A DNA stretch of 64,000 nt from an uncultured Veillonellaceae bacterium (GTDB taxonomy: Bacteria > Bacillota > Negativicutes > JARBTT01). The position numbers and the translations under genes were made by a program. Below the pieces are notes generated by a model. It was not told where the DNA came from. It saw only the letters and a program-made list of their open reading frames with translations, and did no database searches. Numbering within the stretch: position 1 is the stretch's first letter; every line of letters begins with the position of its first letter. The stretch covers positions 192,001 to 256,000 of the forward strand of contig CAWDTA010000002.1 in NCBI GenBank assembly GCA_963805085.1, given 5' to 3'. This document shows, piece by piece, positions 1-10,518 of the stretch.

Positions 1-322
1 TGCTCAAGCTTCCATTAGATTTAAAACTATCTGACCCACTGGCACTAGCAGCCGCTAGAAAATCAAAAATCCCCGTACCGGCTGATAAGGTATTGCTACC
101 AGATTTAGAATTGCTGCCCGTAGCGGAACGACTAGCCGAGGAAGTTTCACTAATAATAATCGTAAGTGAATCACCAACAGCCCTTGCCTTTCGATCAGAA
201 AAAAGTCCCATAGAAGTACTATCTTCAGACCATAGAGACGTTGCATCTGCACTTGGCACGATACTCATCATAAAACCAACGCATAGTAACATCACTATCA
301 ATAGTTTATTAAATTTAATCAC
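1..322 (-). CDS. flgH: Flagellar L-ring protein FlgH, N-terminal part (runs off window)
   Basis: Manual translation from GTG 322: MIKFNKLLIVMLLCVG...SLWSE..LFSDRKARAVGDSLTIIISE, typical FlgH; follows flgA. Confidence 0.85.
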   Translation of the reverse strand, partial: MIKFNKLLIVMLLCVGFMMSIVPSADATSLWSEDSTSMGLFSDRKARAVGDSLTIIISETSSASRSATGSNSKSGSNTLSAGTGIFDFLAAASASGSDSFKSNGSLS

Positions 323-337
323 AAAACACACCTACCT

Positions 338-1315
338 TTAGTGAGTTGAAACCTCAACTGTAGAACCATCTATCACTTTTCCAGCAACAACTTTATTGGA
401 ACTTATATTTTTCACACGAATCACGTTACCTTCTCTACCATCTTGCAACGCTTGGCCCGATGTTTTTACCACAATACCGTTCACATTTGATATGATATTG
501 ATCATCGCCAATTGTTTGATAATGATTGGTTTCTCTAGCATATATGTATTCAGTGGCGTTCCATTTTGCAAGATTCGTCTTGTTTCCAAGCCAAGGACTG
601 TATCAATATTCGTTATATACCCCGGGCTAAGCTTACTCGTATCTAACTTTTCTAAATGCAAATCGTCTCTAGTCACTATATGCTTGACTGGCAATGTTTG
701 TCCGACAACTGCTACTTGTTCGTAGACCCGCACTTTGAAACGAACAGTAGACTTATTATATAGTCGATCATCAATATAGATATTTACCACCGTATTCGTT
801 GGCACATTATATTTGATACCATAAGGTAAAGTAACCTCAAATGTTAACTTACCATCTGGCACGATTACCGCATTTGGCAAATCAATTCCATCGACATGAT
901 ATTCTTTCGCATCACTTTTAGAATTTACTTGTTCATTGATATAACTTTTCGCAAGTCCAGCAATCATTTCACTAGATATCGTCTGTGCTTTCGTTGTTAT
1001 GGTAACCGGCTCTGCCACATTCCATACAATATCCGTATAATTACCACCAGCCCCCGCTAAGCGAGCACCAAGCAGTTCATTTGTCAATATAACGCTATTG
1101 CCAGGATCCGCTGCATTACCTATTTTTAATTGTTTTAGCTCGTAAATACGATTGGCATCTTCCCCGGAAATTGTTGCAATATCACCAAGTAATATATCTG
1201 GACCAGAAATTTCCACTTTATCATAAGTCGTTATTTCAATTGGTGAAGCAATCACGAGACTTGGCAATAGCATAAAAAGCATCGCAAATACCAATACTAT
1301 TTTTTTCATCATCAA
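338..1315 (-). CDS. flgA: Flagellar P-ring formation chaperone FlgA
   Basis: Signal peptide; C-terminal SAF/ChapFlgA motif GQALQDGREGNVIRVKN; position between flgG and flgH. Confidence 0.9.
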   Translation of the reverse strand: MMMKKIVLVFAMLFMLLPSLVIASPIEITTYDKVEISGPDILLGDIATISGEDANRIYELKQLKIGNAADPGNSVILTNELLGARLAGAGGNYTDIVWNVAEPVTITTKAQTISSEMIAGLAKSYINEQVNSKSDAKEYHVDGIDLPNAVIVPDGKLTFEVTLPYGIKYNVPTNTVVNIYIDDRLYNKSTVRFKVRVYEQVAVVGQTLPVKHIVTRDDLHLEKLDTSKLSPGYITNIDTVLGLETRRILQNGTPLNTYMLEKPIIIKQLAMINIISNVNGIVVKTSGQALQDGREGNVIRVKNISSNKVVAGKVIDGSTVEVSTH

Positions 1316-1322
1316 ACTATAC

Positions 1323-2111
1323 CTAACGTTTTAATCCATTCGCAATTTCAAGCATGGAGTCAGAAGTTGTAATCGCTTTTGAATTCGTTTCATAAGCACG
1401 TTGCGCAACAATCATATTGACCATTTCATCAACAATCTGTACATTTGACATTTCAAGAAACTGTTGCACAATTGTTCCAGCACCGTCAGTCCCCGCCGCA
1501 TTCGTCGTTGGCGCACCAGATGCCGCAGTTTCCTTATATAGGTTTTGCCCCTCGCGTGATAAACCTGCTGGATTAACAAAACGCGCTAGCTCTATTTGAC
1601 CAATTTCTTCTGGTTGTGTCTCCCCTGGAATCGTTGCAGAAACACGCCCATCAGAAGAAATCGTAATATCTGTAGTATTTGCCGGAATGGTAATCTGCGG
1701 TTCCAGTGGATAGCCGTCTGAAGTCACAATTCTGCCATCAGCATCACGTTTAAAAGAACCGTCTCTACTATAACCAATCGTCCCGTCTGACAACGTGATT
1801 TGGAAAAAGCCTTCACCCGAAATTTCCATATCGAGCGGATTGCCCGTACTTTGAGGGCTTCCTTGTGTATGTACGGTGTTTGTTGCTGACATACGTACCC
1901 CATGCCCCATTTGAAGACCTGTAGGAACCGTTGTATCTGCACCAGTAGTAGAACCGGCTTGACGCATAGTTTGATACATTAAATCTTGAAATTCCGCCCG
2001 TTGTTTTTTATAGCCAGTCGTATTTACATTGGCTATATTATTAGAAATGACATCGATATTATTTTGTTGTGCTGCCATACCTGACCCTGCTGTCCAAAGT
2101 GCTCTCATCAT
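1323..2111 (-). CDS. flgG: Flagellar basal-body rod protein FlgG
   Basis: MRALWTAGSGM..ISNNIANVNTTGYK; C-terminal LEMSNVQIVDEMVNMIVAQRAYE. Confidence 0.95.
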   Translation of the reverse strand: MMRALWTAGSGMAAQQNNIDVISNNIANVNTTGYKKQRAEFQDLMYQTMRQAGSTTGADTTVPTGLQMGHGVRMSATNTVHTQGSPQSTGNPLDMEISGEGFFQITLSDGTIGYSRDGSFKRDADGRIVTSDGYPLEPQITIPANTTDITISSDGRVSATIPGETQPEEIGQIELARFVNPAGLSREGQNLYKETAASGAPTTNAAGTDGAGTIVQQFLEMSNVQIVDEMVNMIVAQRAYETNSKAITTSDSMLEIANGLKR

Positions 2112-2275
2112 AATAAAAACCCCTATCTATTCTATTCTATTCTTTTTGAAAATTTCAGGATAACGTTAAGGACCATAATCTTACAGCCACACCCGATCTG
2201 CGAAGAATTGCGGTCCTTAAAATAAATGTCTATATTATTATCGTAATAATCCCTTAAAACATTAAGTGTTTTTTA

Positions 2276-3025
2276 TTAAACAGTACCAACTTGATTTACA
2301 GCTTTATCAAGTAAACTATCTTGCGTAGTTACAGCCTTGGAATTTGCCTCGTAAGTTCTATATCCATTGATTAATTTAACCATTTCTGATACAACATTTA
2401 CATTTGACATTTCTAGGCTACCTTGTTCTAATTTTCCTGTTGCTGGAGCTGTCGGTTCATTTGGCGGCGCTACATATAAATTATTGCCCTCTTTTGTTAA
2501 TCGTTTATCACTACTAAACTCAACAAATCCCAAAGTTCCAACCGTTTGATTGTCCACCACAACGTCGCCTTTAGCACCGATGGTCACATTGGTACCATCC
2601 GGAATTCGAATGGGACGACCCTTCTGATCCAAAACTCTTGAACCACCTTCTGTTACTAGGTCACCAGCAGATGACCGAACAAAGGAACCTTCACGCGTGT
2701 AACGTATACCATTCGGTGATTCAACAACGAAGTAACCATTCCCTTCAATTGCGACATCATATTTATTGCCTGTTTGGCGTGTCGCACCTTGTTCATGGAT
2801 GGTTGCGATCTCATCCACTCTAGAGCCTCTGCCCAAGCCGCCAATATCAGGTGTTACTTGTCCATCATTAATGCGTTTTAATAATACGGCCTCAAATTCG
2901 GCGGTAACAGTTTCATCTTTTTTATAGCCTACGGTGTTCACATTTGCTAAATTGTTGGCAATAACATCAGTGCGAAGTGATTCTGTCACCATACCTGATG
3001 CTGCCGTATAAAGTCCGCGTAACAT
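2276..3025 (-). CDS. flgF: Flagellar basal-body rod protein FlgF/FlhO-like
   Basis: ANNLANVNTVGYK, YTREGSF, LEMSNVNVVSEMV rod-protein motifs; upstream of flgG. Confidence 0.8.
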   Translation of the reverse strand: MLRGLYTAASGMVTESLRTDVIANNLANVNTVGYKKDETVTAEFEAVLLKRINDGQVTPDIGGLGRGSRVDEIATIHEQGATRQTGNKYDVAIEGNGYFVVESPNGIRYTREGSFVRSSAGDLVTEGGSRVLDQKGRPIRIPDGTNVTIGAKGDVVVDNQTVGTLGFVEFSSDKRLTKEGNNLYVAPPNEPTAPATGKLEQGSLEMSNVNVVSEMVKLINGYRTYEANSKAVTTQDSLLDKAVNQVGTV

Positions 3026-3057
3026 AAACGAGCACCTCCAATAAATAATTTTATAGA

Positions 3058-4086
3058 TTAAGACATACTATTTGTTCTTAATGTTGTTAAACTATCTTCT
3101 AATTTATCAATAGAATCTAGTGCTTTTCCTGTACCCAACGCAACACAAGACAATGGATCTTCTGCTAAATATGTAGGAATACCAGTTTCTTTTTGAATCA
3201 ATTTATCTAAGCCAAATAACAATGAACCGCCACCAGTCATAACGATACCACGATCCATAATATCTGAAGCAAGTTCTGGTGGAGTATCTTCAAGTACTTT
3301 TTTTACACATTGTACAATGCGAGTTACAGGTTCATTAAGTGCTTCGCAAGTTTCATTGACTTCCATTTTTATTGTTTTAGGCAAACCAGTTAATAGGTCA
3401 CGACCACGCACTTCTAAAGACCCCTTACGCGCATCCAAGATCGCCGTGCCGATATTGATCTTTATTTCTTCGGCAGTACGCTCGCCGATCATAATATTAT
3501 ATTCTTTTTTTACATAACGAACGATAGCTTCATCAAACTTATCGCCGCCGATACGAAGTGATTCACTGATAACAATACCGCCTAAACTGATTACTGCAAC
3601 GTCGGTTGTACCACCACCAATATCAACCACCATCGAACCATATGGTTCAGAAATTTCTAACCCTGCACCAAGTGCTGCTGCCAATGGTTCTTCTATTAAA
3701 TAAGTTTTACGAGCACCAGCTTGCACCGCTGCTTCTAATACTGCACGTTTTTCTACAGTAGTAACACCTGATGGGATGCATACCATGATACGTGGTTTAA
3801 ATAAGAAACTTCTACCTGCTACTTTTTCAATAAAGTGGCGAAGCATACTTTCTGTCGTATCATAGTCAGCAATAACGCCTTCACGAAGTGGACGAATCGC
3901 TACGATATTACCTGGGGTACGACCAAGCATACGACGTGCCTCTTCCCCAATTTCTAGCACTTTGTTCGTGTCACGATCAATTGCTACAACGGATGGCTCT
4001 CTAAGCACAATTCCTTTACCTTTTATGTAAACTAAAACATTGGCTGTACCTAAATCGACACCAATATCCATCGACATTCCAAACAT
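3058..4086 (-). CDS. mbl: MreB-like rod shape-determining protein (Mbl position)
   Basis: [20 protein letters not shown]; conserved spoIIID-mbl-flhO/flhP synteny. Confidence 0.9.
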   Translation of the reverse strand: MFGMSMDIGVDLGTANVLVYIKGKGIVLREPSVVAIDRDTNKVLEIGEEARRMLGRTPGNIVAIRPLREGVIADYDTTESMLRHFIEKVAGRSFLFKPRIMVCIPSGVTTVEKRAVLEAAVQAGARKTYLIEEPLAAALGAGLEISEPYGSMVVDIGGGTTDVAVISLGGIVISESLRIGGDKFDEAIVRYVKKEYNIMIGERTAEEIKINIGTAILDARKGSLEVRGRDLLTGLPKTIKMEVNETCEALNEPVTRIVQCVKKVLEDTPPELASDIMDRGIVMTGGGSLLFGLDKLIQKETGIPTYLAEDPLSCVALGTGKALDSIDKLEDSLTTLRTNSMS

Positions 4087-4214
4087 GAATAATCCCCTTC
4101 CAAAACTGCAATATACTCTTCATATTATTTTTGTTATATTTTATCCGCATACTATTATGCTCAACATGCTTTATTCTACATTTTTCAATTAAATCCTCTA
4201 TTTTAAACTTAATT

Positions 4215-4352
4215 CTAACATTTTTTATATTTTTTTCTTGTTGCTTCTCCGCCCCGAATATGGCGTTCTGCTTTATTCTCTTCTAATATTACTCTAATCT
4301 TTGCCGCTAACCTTTTATTGATAAGAGGCAATCGTTCAATCATATCTTTATG
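4215..4352 (-). CDS. spoIIID: spoIIID 3' half (codons 38-82), separated from its 5' half by the inserted element
   Basis: Manual translation HKDMIERLPLINKRLAAKIRVILEENKAERHIRGGEATRKKYKKC*, the conserved SpoIIID C-terminus (ERHIRGGEAT); lies directly upstream of mbl. Confidence 0.95.
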   Translation of the reverse strand, partial: HKDMIERLPLINKRLAAKIRVILEENKAERHIRGGEATRKKYKKC

Positions 4353-4377
4353 GAACGATTAACCAAAAATGAACGGT
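4342..4377. repeat. att junction next to spoIIID 3' half (core 4342-4352 + attP arm 4362-4377)
   Basis: Arm ACCAAAAATGAACGGT is a 15/16 inverted match to 13293-13308. Confidence 0.85.
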
Positions 4378-4479
4378 CACACGAAGGGGTTAATGCTCTT
4401 ATTTTCAAAGATCATTAACCCCACCTATAGTACTTATATTTTATTACAAAACTTACTGTTTAAAAATAGGTATGGTGCA

Positions 4480-4692
4480 CTATTTTTCAATATACTTAAT
4501 ACACTTTTCTGCTAAAAACTTTACAATACCATTTGCTTGCCTATTTTCATAAAAATCTACCATTAACGTATTGAATTCTAGTATGTCCTCTACCTTGATA
4601 TTAAATACACCGTAACCTGCATTAACTAATATACCATTTGCCATTAGGCGAGCAGTTCGTTTATTGGCATTCCAATAAATTACTCCAAACAT
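4480..4692 (-). pseudogene. C-terminal remnant of a Fic/Doc-family gene
   Basis: Begins at partial Fic motif WNANKRTARLMAN; N-terminal part with catalytic His absent. Confidence 0.6.
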
Positions 4693-4702
4693 AAAAGACT
4701 TA

Positions 4703-5335
4703 TCACCGACTTAATTTTTTATCAATATAATCCTCCATGATACCACGATATTCGGCGTTTTTCCCCTCTACCTTTAAATTTTCCTTTACCTTAAGCAAGA
4801 TTGCCTTTGTCCATTGCCCCTGAGCTTTGTAATGTGCTAATTTATTGCGAAGTGTCTCTAACGCAGCTTTACGATTTGTCTTTAAGAAAACACCTACACA
4901 ATCACAATTCAAATTCAAGGTCACATCTAAATCATTATTCGTTTCCCTATCTTCAGAGTAAATTGTTCCGTCTGATTTATATTTTATCAGCTGAACTTTA
5001 GAACGATCAAGTGGATTTATGGTTAACACAACATTCCCACGATGTGCATCACAAGTCATATCCTCTTTTCGGTGCCCCCTATGACCTAAACAAACGCCTA
5101 GCATATTACGATAATCTAACTCTAGATTTTCATCTACCGTCTTCGGAATATAGTGCTCTATAGTCATAGTATCCTTAGCAATTCTTCTCATGCAATATGC
5201 ACATATATGACCTTGCTCAATTAATAAAGCTTCTCGAACATTCTCTTTTTGTGAAAATCCATCATAATAAGCACCATTTTGTTGTTTGTATTTTATCAAG
5301 CTTGCTGGCTCTTGTCCCTTCTCTATAAAAATCAT
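4703..5335 (-). CDS. HNH endonuclease, Septu PtuB / TIGR02646-like
   Basis: EQGHICAYCM..IEHYIPK..YRNMLGVC..TCD HNH/Zn motifs; immediately downstream of an ABC-type ATPase. Confidence 0.85.
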   Translation of the reverse strand: MIFIEKGQEPASLIKYKQQNGAYYDGFSQKENVREALLIEQGHICAYCMRRIAKDTMTIEHYIPKTVDENLELDYRNMLGVCLGHRGHRKEDMTCDAHRGNVVLTINPLDRSKVQLIKYKSDGTIYSEDRETNNDLDVTLNLNCDCVGVFLKTNRKAALETLRNKLAHYKAQGQWTKAILLKVKENLKVEGKNAEYRGIMEDYIDKKLSR

Positions 5336-5339
5336 GATG

Positions 5340-6611
5340 TCAATCTCCCAATATAGTTGTTTCTAAATCCAACGTAATTTGGGCTTTTACTATATCAGGA
5401 TCATTGTCGTCCAACTCACCCATTAACTCTTCTAAAATAACTTTGGCTTTCCTATACTCTTCTTCGTCAATTGCTTGGTAGAAACCATCAAATTTATCTT
5501 TTACTTCTTTTGCACGTTCACCACTATGTTGAAAATAGGATAACACATCATTTACTTGATACCCATAAGCAGATGGTCTATACTCAATATCCATATCATT
5601 CTTAATGGTAATTAGTTGCTCATTTTTACAAGAAGCAATAATCAAGGGCGAATGCGTTGTAGTAATAAATTGTGTGCAAGGAAACGTTGTTTTTAACGCA
5701 TCAACAATTTTCCATTGCCATTTAGGATGTAAATGCAAGTCCAGTTCATCAATGAGAACAATCCCCGGCGTTTTACTGGTTACTTCTTTACGTAAATTTG
5801 GATTTAACACCGCCATACGATATGCGATATCCATAACCATCCAAATTACCGATTGATAACCAGAACTTAATAAGTGAATAGGAATGTTTTCTTCTTCATT
5901 TATACTATATACCAATTGACCTGTTCTCTTATGAAACCGTACTCCTTTGACCTGTTTTTCACACATAATACTCATAAAAGTAACAATTGCTTCTTTTACT
6001 GCTTCATACTCAGAAATTTTTTTATCTTCTTGCCAAGAAATTTCCTCCATCCGTTTGCACCAATTTAGCAACATCTTTGCATTAGATTCCTCTGCTAAGC
6101 AATCTATATAACCAACACTTCTAGTGTAATTCTCCCGAAATACATCTGTTGCTTTTTCCCGTTTTTGCGCCCACATTCTAGCAGCACTTTGATAATTAAT
6201 CAACGGTACTATTTTTTCGGTATCATCCAGCATTTCTTTACTAGCTCTGCAAATATCCCTAGGTTCTACTGTTGTCCTGCCTCTTAAAGTTTTCTTTTGC
6301 CTACCCCATGCAAATTCTTGATTATCTAAAATAGCCGTACATTCAACTTTTACTGGATATTCTTGTTTTATATTAATCGATCCATCACCAGTTAGCGTAC
6401 TTTCCAATCGAACTTCATCTTGGCTAATGTGTTTTGTATTAATTTCATTAACTCCCGCTAAAAAGCCACCTAACCCAACTGATATTGCTTCCAATATAGA
6501 TGTCTTTCCTACACCGTTATCCCCAATTAATATATTAAATCCAGCTTTAAAATTTAGAGCTACATCTTTAATTCCTTTAAAATTTTTAATCAGAATTGAC
6601 TGTAATTGCAA
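5340..6611 (-). CDS. ABC/AAA_21-type ATPase, Septu PtuA-like
   Basis: Walker A GDNGVGKT, signature LSSGYQ, Walker B/D-loop VLIDELDLHLHPKWQ, H-loop TTHSP. Confidence 0.85.
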   Translation of the reverse strand: MQLQSILIKNFKGIKDVALNFKAGFNILIGDNGVGKTSILEAISVGLGGFLAGVNEINTKHISQDEVRLESTLTGDGSINIKQEYPVKVECTAILDNQEFAWGRQKKTLRGRTTVEPRDICRASKEMLDDTEKIVPLINYQSAARMWAQKREKATDVFRENYTRSVGYIDCLAEESNAKMLLNWCKRMEEISWQEDKKISEYEAVKEAIVTFMSIMCEKQVKGVRFHKRTGQLVYSINEEENIPIHLLSSGYQSVIWMVMDIAYRMAVLNPNLRKEVTSKTPGIVLIDELDLHLHPKWQWKIVDALKTTFPCTQFITTTHSPLIIASCKNEQLITIKNDMDIEYRPSAYGYQVNDVLSYFQHSGERAKEVKDKFDGFYQAIDEEEYRKAKVILEELMGELDDNDPDIVKAQITLDLETTILGD

Positions 6612-6829
6612 ATTGACACCTCCTAACTATCAAATTTAACCACTATATATTAAACGTACATGTATAAGTAATCATTTTGGTACAAGTCTACGAACCATAT
6701 TTTCAAATACATATTTATACTTATACCCCAAACTACATAGTTTATATTCGTAATAACTATGTAAAATCCTTCATTTATACCGCTAATTTGGCTTATATAA
6801 GTAAATGCAATAATATTAGTCCTAAACTA

Positions 6830-6868
6830 AAAGAACCTATTGCACAATTTTTAAAAGCAATAGGTTCT
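6830..6868 (-). terminator. Probable intrinsic terminator of the recombinase gene
   Basis: Hairpin AGAACCTATTGC...GCAATAGGTTCT just past the stop codon, followed by a T-run on the minus strand. Confidence 0.6.
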
Positions 6869-6874
6869 CTACGT

Positions 6875-8410
6875 TTATATAGCAGCCGCATGGGTAATCT
6901 CCAAATCGGAAAATAATTTCAAATAAACTTGGAGCTCACCTTCTACGGTCACAACAATTTTATCAATGACCTTTCTCAGCAAAGCATTATCAATAAGTTC
7001 TGCATTTAGCACGGCTTGAATACTACCACAATACTTACGAACCACTTCGTCAATCCGACTTAAAATAGAAGTATTCCCTCTGATAGCACTAAGTTCATTC
7101 TCGTATTTGGCTATTGCCAAATTTAATTCAGTGGTTCGTTCTTTGAGTTCATCAATCGTAATAGCGTCAACTTCAAACATTTCTGTTTGTTTTGATTTTG
7201 CTTTCTTGAGCCTTGCCAATTCAGCCAATATAAAAGGTTCCGACAGTTCATTATCTTGCGGTTTATATTGTTTTCTAAATTCGGTTATTGTTTGCTTTAA
7301 CAGCTTGTCCTTCGATGATACCAACCCGCCCAAATAGCTTTTAATCTCCTCGATCAGTTCTTTTTCATCGATAATTGTATGATTGTTACAGAAATCCATG
7401 CCGTTAGCGTTCCTACCAGAACAGCACCACCGTATGTATTCATTAACGTACTTTCTCTGTGTCCTTCTGAAGCTATAACCGCAATCACCACATTTGATAA
7501 GAGTACTAAAACAATATTTGTTTGATTGACGTTTATTGGTTATACGAAAATTTTCTGTTCGCTCAGCGAGCAAAGATTGTGCTTTAGCAAAAAGTTCCTT
7601 ATCAATAATAGTAAGTTCTGGCTTGTCTACAATAAATTGTTTATCAACGCTATTCTTCACTCGTTCACCAGTCAAAAAATCCTTAACCGATTCTTTGCCA
7701 TTGATAACCTTACCTGTATAAAGCGGATTGGTTAGTATCGTAGAAATTGCTTGCTGTGACCACCGGCATTTACGTTTTGTTACTAACCCTTCCTTATTTA
7801 ATAGCTGTGAAATCTTGTTGGCACCATGCCGCTGATTTACATAGTAATCAAATATGCGTTTTACAACCTTTGACTCTACTTCATTTATTGTTAGATTAAA
7901 ATATTCACCTACTGTTTTATCATAACCATAGACAATATTAGGAACCCGCCCCTTTTCGGCATTACGTTTTTTACCAAACTTTACACGTTTAGAAAGATTA
8001 GCCGATTCTTCCTGAGCAACAGCTGCCAATATTGTCAAGGTCAATTCACCATCATTGCTAGACATATTGGCCGTTACGAAGCGGCAATCAATATTTAATG
8101 ACTTTAGTTTACGAATGCTCTGGAGAAAGTCTACGACGTTACGCGCAAGCCTAGATACATCTTTTACAAATACGCATTCAAACTTTCTTCGCTGAGCATC
8201 AAGCATCATACGGTTGAACTCTTTACGATTTTTTAACTTAGTCCCACTAATCCCTTCGTCAGCATACAACTCAACAAGCTCATAATTATTTTTAACAGCA
8301 TACTCTTCAAAAAATTCTTTCTGTGCTTGCAGACTTAATAGCTGCTCGTCCTTTTCAGTTGATACCCTACAGTAAGCGGCAATTTTTTGTTTTCCATCAC
8401 TACCAACCAT
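6875..8410 (-). CDS. Large serine recombinase (integrase/excisionase, SpoIVCA/SprA-type architecture)
   Basis: Catalytic AAYCRVST, YADEGISGT, KDVSRLARN; recombinase domain; Zn ribbon CGDCG..CCSG..C; coiled coil; RBS GGAGG before ATG 8410 (ORF track start 8431). Confidence 0.95.
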   Translation of the reverse strand: MVGSDGKQKIAAYCRVSTEKDEQLLSLQAQKEFFEEYAVKNNYELVELYADEGISGTKLKNRKEFNRMMLDAQRRKFECVFVKDVSRLARNVVDFLQSIRKLKSLNIDCRFVTANMSSNDGELTLTILAAVAQEESANLSKRVKFGKKRNAEKGRVPNIVYGYDKTVGEYFNLTINEVESKVVKRIFDYYVNQRHGANKISQLLNKEGLVTKRKCRWSQQAISTILTNPLYTGKVINGKESVKDFLTGERVKNSVDKQFIVDKPELTIIDKELFAKAQSLLAERTENFRITNKRQSNKYCFSTLIKCGDCGYSFRRTQRKYVNEYIRWCCSGRNANGMDFCNNHTIIDEKELIEEIKSYLGGLVSSKDKLLKQTITEFRKQYKPQDNELSEPFILAELARLKKAKSKQTEMFEVDAITIDELKERTTELNLAIAKYENELSAIRGNTSILSRIDEVVRKYCGSIQAVLNAELIDNALLRKVIDKIVVTVEGELQVYLKLFSDLEITHAAAI

Positions 8411-8452
8411 CGTATAACTTCCTCCCTTCATTCAAAATTGAAACAATTTTAA

Positions 8453-8614
8453 TTAAGCTGAATGCCTAACATCATAACCGATATCATCATCACCAGTCTT
8501 ATCATTGATTTCTCTATTAACTTTATTTATAATCGCTGAAGCTAAAATTTTAGGTAGATACTTGTCCACCGCATCTTCACTATTAGGATTAACAAACGTA
8601 ATTTTAAGGCTCAT
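8453..8614 (-). CDS. Small 53-aa protein upstream of the recombinase, candidate recombination directionality factor
   Basis: Strong RBS GAGGGGGAG; MSLKITFVNPNSEDAVDKYLPKILASAIINKVNREINDKTGDDDIGYDVRHSA*; co-oriented, 42 bp before LSR start. Confidence 0.65.
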   Translation of the reverse strand: MSLKITFVNPNSEDAVDKYLPKILASAIINKVNREINDKTGDDDIGYDVRHSA

Positions 8615-8812
8615 AGTAAACTCCCCCTCACATATTAAAAAATTGATTAGCCACCAACTATAGTTTTGTATAGTAAATCTTATTGTTATGACACCAAAAA
8701 TATAACCATAAAATTTTACCTACATAAGAAATACCCATAATTCAAAACCCTTGCTATGGTTCCGAACAAAAAAGGCTCCACGTCAGACCACGCGAAGCCG
8801 TGAATTTACTAA

Positions 8813-8873
8813 TGGCAGAGAGGGATGGATTCGAACCCTTGGCACCTTGCGGTACAATTGATTTGGAGTAAAC
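8813..8873 (-). pseudogene. Degenerate 3' fragment of a tRNA-Ser
   Basis: Minus strand has long variable arm GTACCGCAAGGTGC, T-loop GGTTCGAATCC and a GCCA end; no 5' acceptor or D arm. Confidence 0.7.
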
Positions 8874-9205
8874 TATCTTTTCTAAAATTGACTTATTCCA
8901 CATAAAAAGCAATGCCATAAGAAGAAACAGATAACTATTATATATCATCTATTAATTGTTATTGTTGGATAAATATTGAATAATTTGTCAAGCGATGTTA
9001 ATATAAAAGTGCAACTAGCATTGCTTAACACAAGAGATAAACTAAGGGAGCTTATCCTTTTAGGGACAAAACATGGTCGTTATTTCCAATTTGTTTCCTA
9101 TTAGCCATGCCCTCCGTCAAAGGGATAAAATTTATCTTATAAGTCATAATATGATATTTCATTCAATTATAGATCATATATCCAAATGGTATATAGAATA
9201 AAGAG

Positions 9206-10174
9206 GTGGTTCATATATTTTTTTTAATCGGGATAGTATCAACATTTATTATGCTTTCATTACTTCCAAATACTTCTTTTGGTCGTAATAGAAGCATCAC
9301 GGCATTGTTTATGTTCGTTTATTCTTCATTGTATTTTTTCATTATTCAGTATGGATTAACTGTAAATAATTCTTTTAAAATTCCTCTCTTTTTTGTAGCA
9401 TTAATTTTAATTTTATATTTATCAACGGCCGATAGGTATATTAATCTAAAATTGGATTTAGATATGCTATTTAAAATTGTTTTGTTTATAATGATACCGA
9501 TAGTAGTATGTTTTTCGTTTCCAACCGCTAATAATCAATTTCACTTAATTGATATATTAATTGTTGCTTTTGTTTTTGGAATAAATCAATCACGTTTTAA
9601 TAAAACCACAATGTTATATCAAGAAAGCACAATTGAATTTTATGGATCGTCTACTACAGCTCATCTTCTAATTTTGTTTATTTTTCTGGGCTATAGGAAA
9701 ATTAATATCAATCTATTTTTCATTAATACAATGGATGCATGGGGATTAACTTTGGTAGTTACTTTTTTATGTTGTTTTTTCGCAATTTTTATTGGAGTAA
9801 AATTAAACTATCTTAGTTTTAATTTCAAAAAAGTTAAAACTAAAACTTTACTAATATTAACTATTTTTAATTTTTTTCATATAGCAATAGCAGAAGAAAT
9901 TATCTATAGAGGATTTGTCTATAATTATCTACGACAGTTCATCGGTGGAGGAGATTGGATACCACTGGTATTGACAACTTTATTATTTGGGTGTCACCAT
10001 ATTAGCTTTGGTGGCAGAAGAATGTTTGTACTTTCTTCTATAGCTGGTTTCTTTTATGGTTTAATATATATGCTTACAGGAAACCTATTAACCTCGGCAA
10101 TTATTCATACTATTACTAATATGGTTTGGCGATTATTTTTTGTTATAAGATCTAATGTAGAGGCGCAAAAATGA
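9206..10174 (+). CDS. CPBP (CAAX/Abi) family intramembrane metalloprotease
   Basis: Multi-TM; motifs AEEIIYRG, FGCHH, HTITN. Confidence 0.85.
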   Translation: MVHIFFLIGIVSTFIMLSLLPNTSFGRNRSITALFMFVYSSLYFFIIQYGLTVNNSFKIPLFFVALILILYLSTADRYINLKLDLDMLFKIVLFIMIPIVVCFSFPTANNQFHLIDILIVAFVFGINQSRFNKTTMLYQESTIEFYGSSTTAHLLILFIFLGYRKININLFFINTMDAWGLTLVVTFLCCFFAIFIGVKLNYLSFNFKKVKTKTLLILTIFNFFHIAIAEEIIYRGFVYNYLRQFIGGGDWIPLVLTTLLFGCHHISFGGRRMFVLSSIAGFFYGLIYMLTGNLLTSAIIHTITNMVWRLFFVIRSNVEAQK

Positions 10175-10361
10175 TCCTGGTTTTGGTTCTATTATTATAG
10201 TGGGGAATAATAGCAATAATTACTTTTTACAATGATATTAAAAATAAATTTAATTATTGGTATTACAATGAAAGCCATGAATTCAGGAACTGCAATACTG
10301 AACCATTCGATAAAAAATGAAATTTTTAAAATATCAATGTGCATCAAAAATATAAGATACT

Positions 10362-10493
10362 CTATCCATAAGACGTATCCTTACCGCTCAATTTCTCAAT
10401 AAATACTTCTTCCGCTCTGAGCTCTTGCATAATTACTTCTTGCCGGATAGTATTTTGATCCAGCGAACTTACTCTTACATAACCGATTTTCAT
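10362..10493 (-). pseudogene. Truncated small serine resolvase (43 aa)
   Basis: MKIGYVRVSSLDQNTIRQ...EVFIEKLSGKD then stop; RBS GGGGAG. Confidence 0.8.
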
Positions 10494-10518
10494 ATGCTAC
10501 ACTCCCCATTAAAACAGA

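Noticed and set aside
4703-6875. Retron (the ATPase+HNH pair is the effector of type I-A retrons)
   Set aside because: No reverse transcriptase in the element or window and no msr/msd-like inverted repeat seen; treated as stand-alone Septu-like.
8813-8900. Functional tRNA-Ser, or a tRNA attachment site for this element
   Set aside because: The 5' half is missing and the anticodon arm is degenerate; the element ends map to spoIIID instead.
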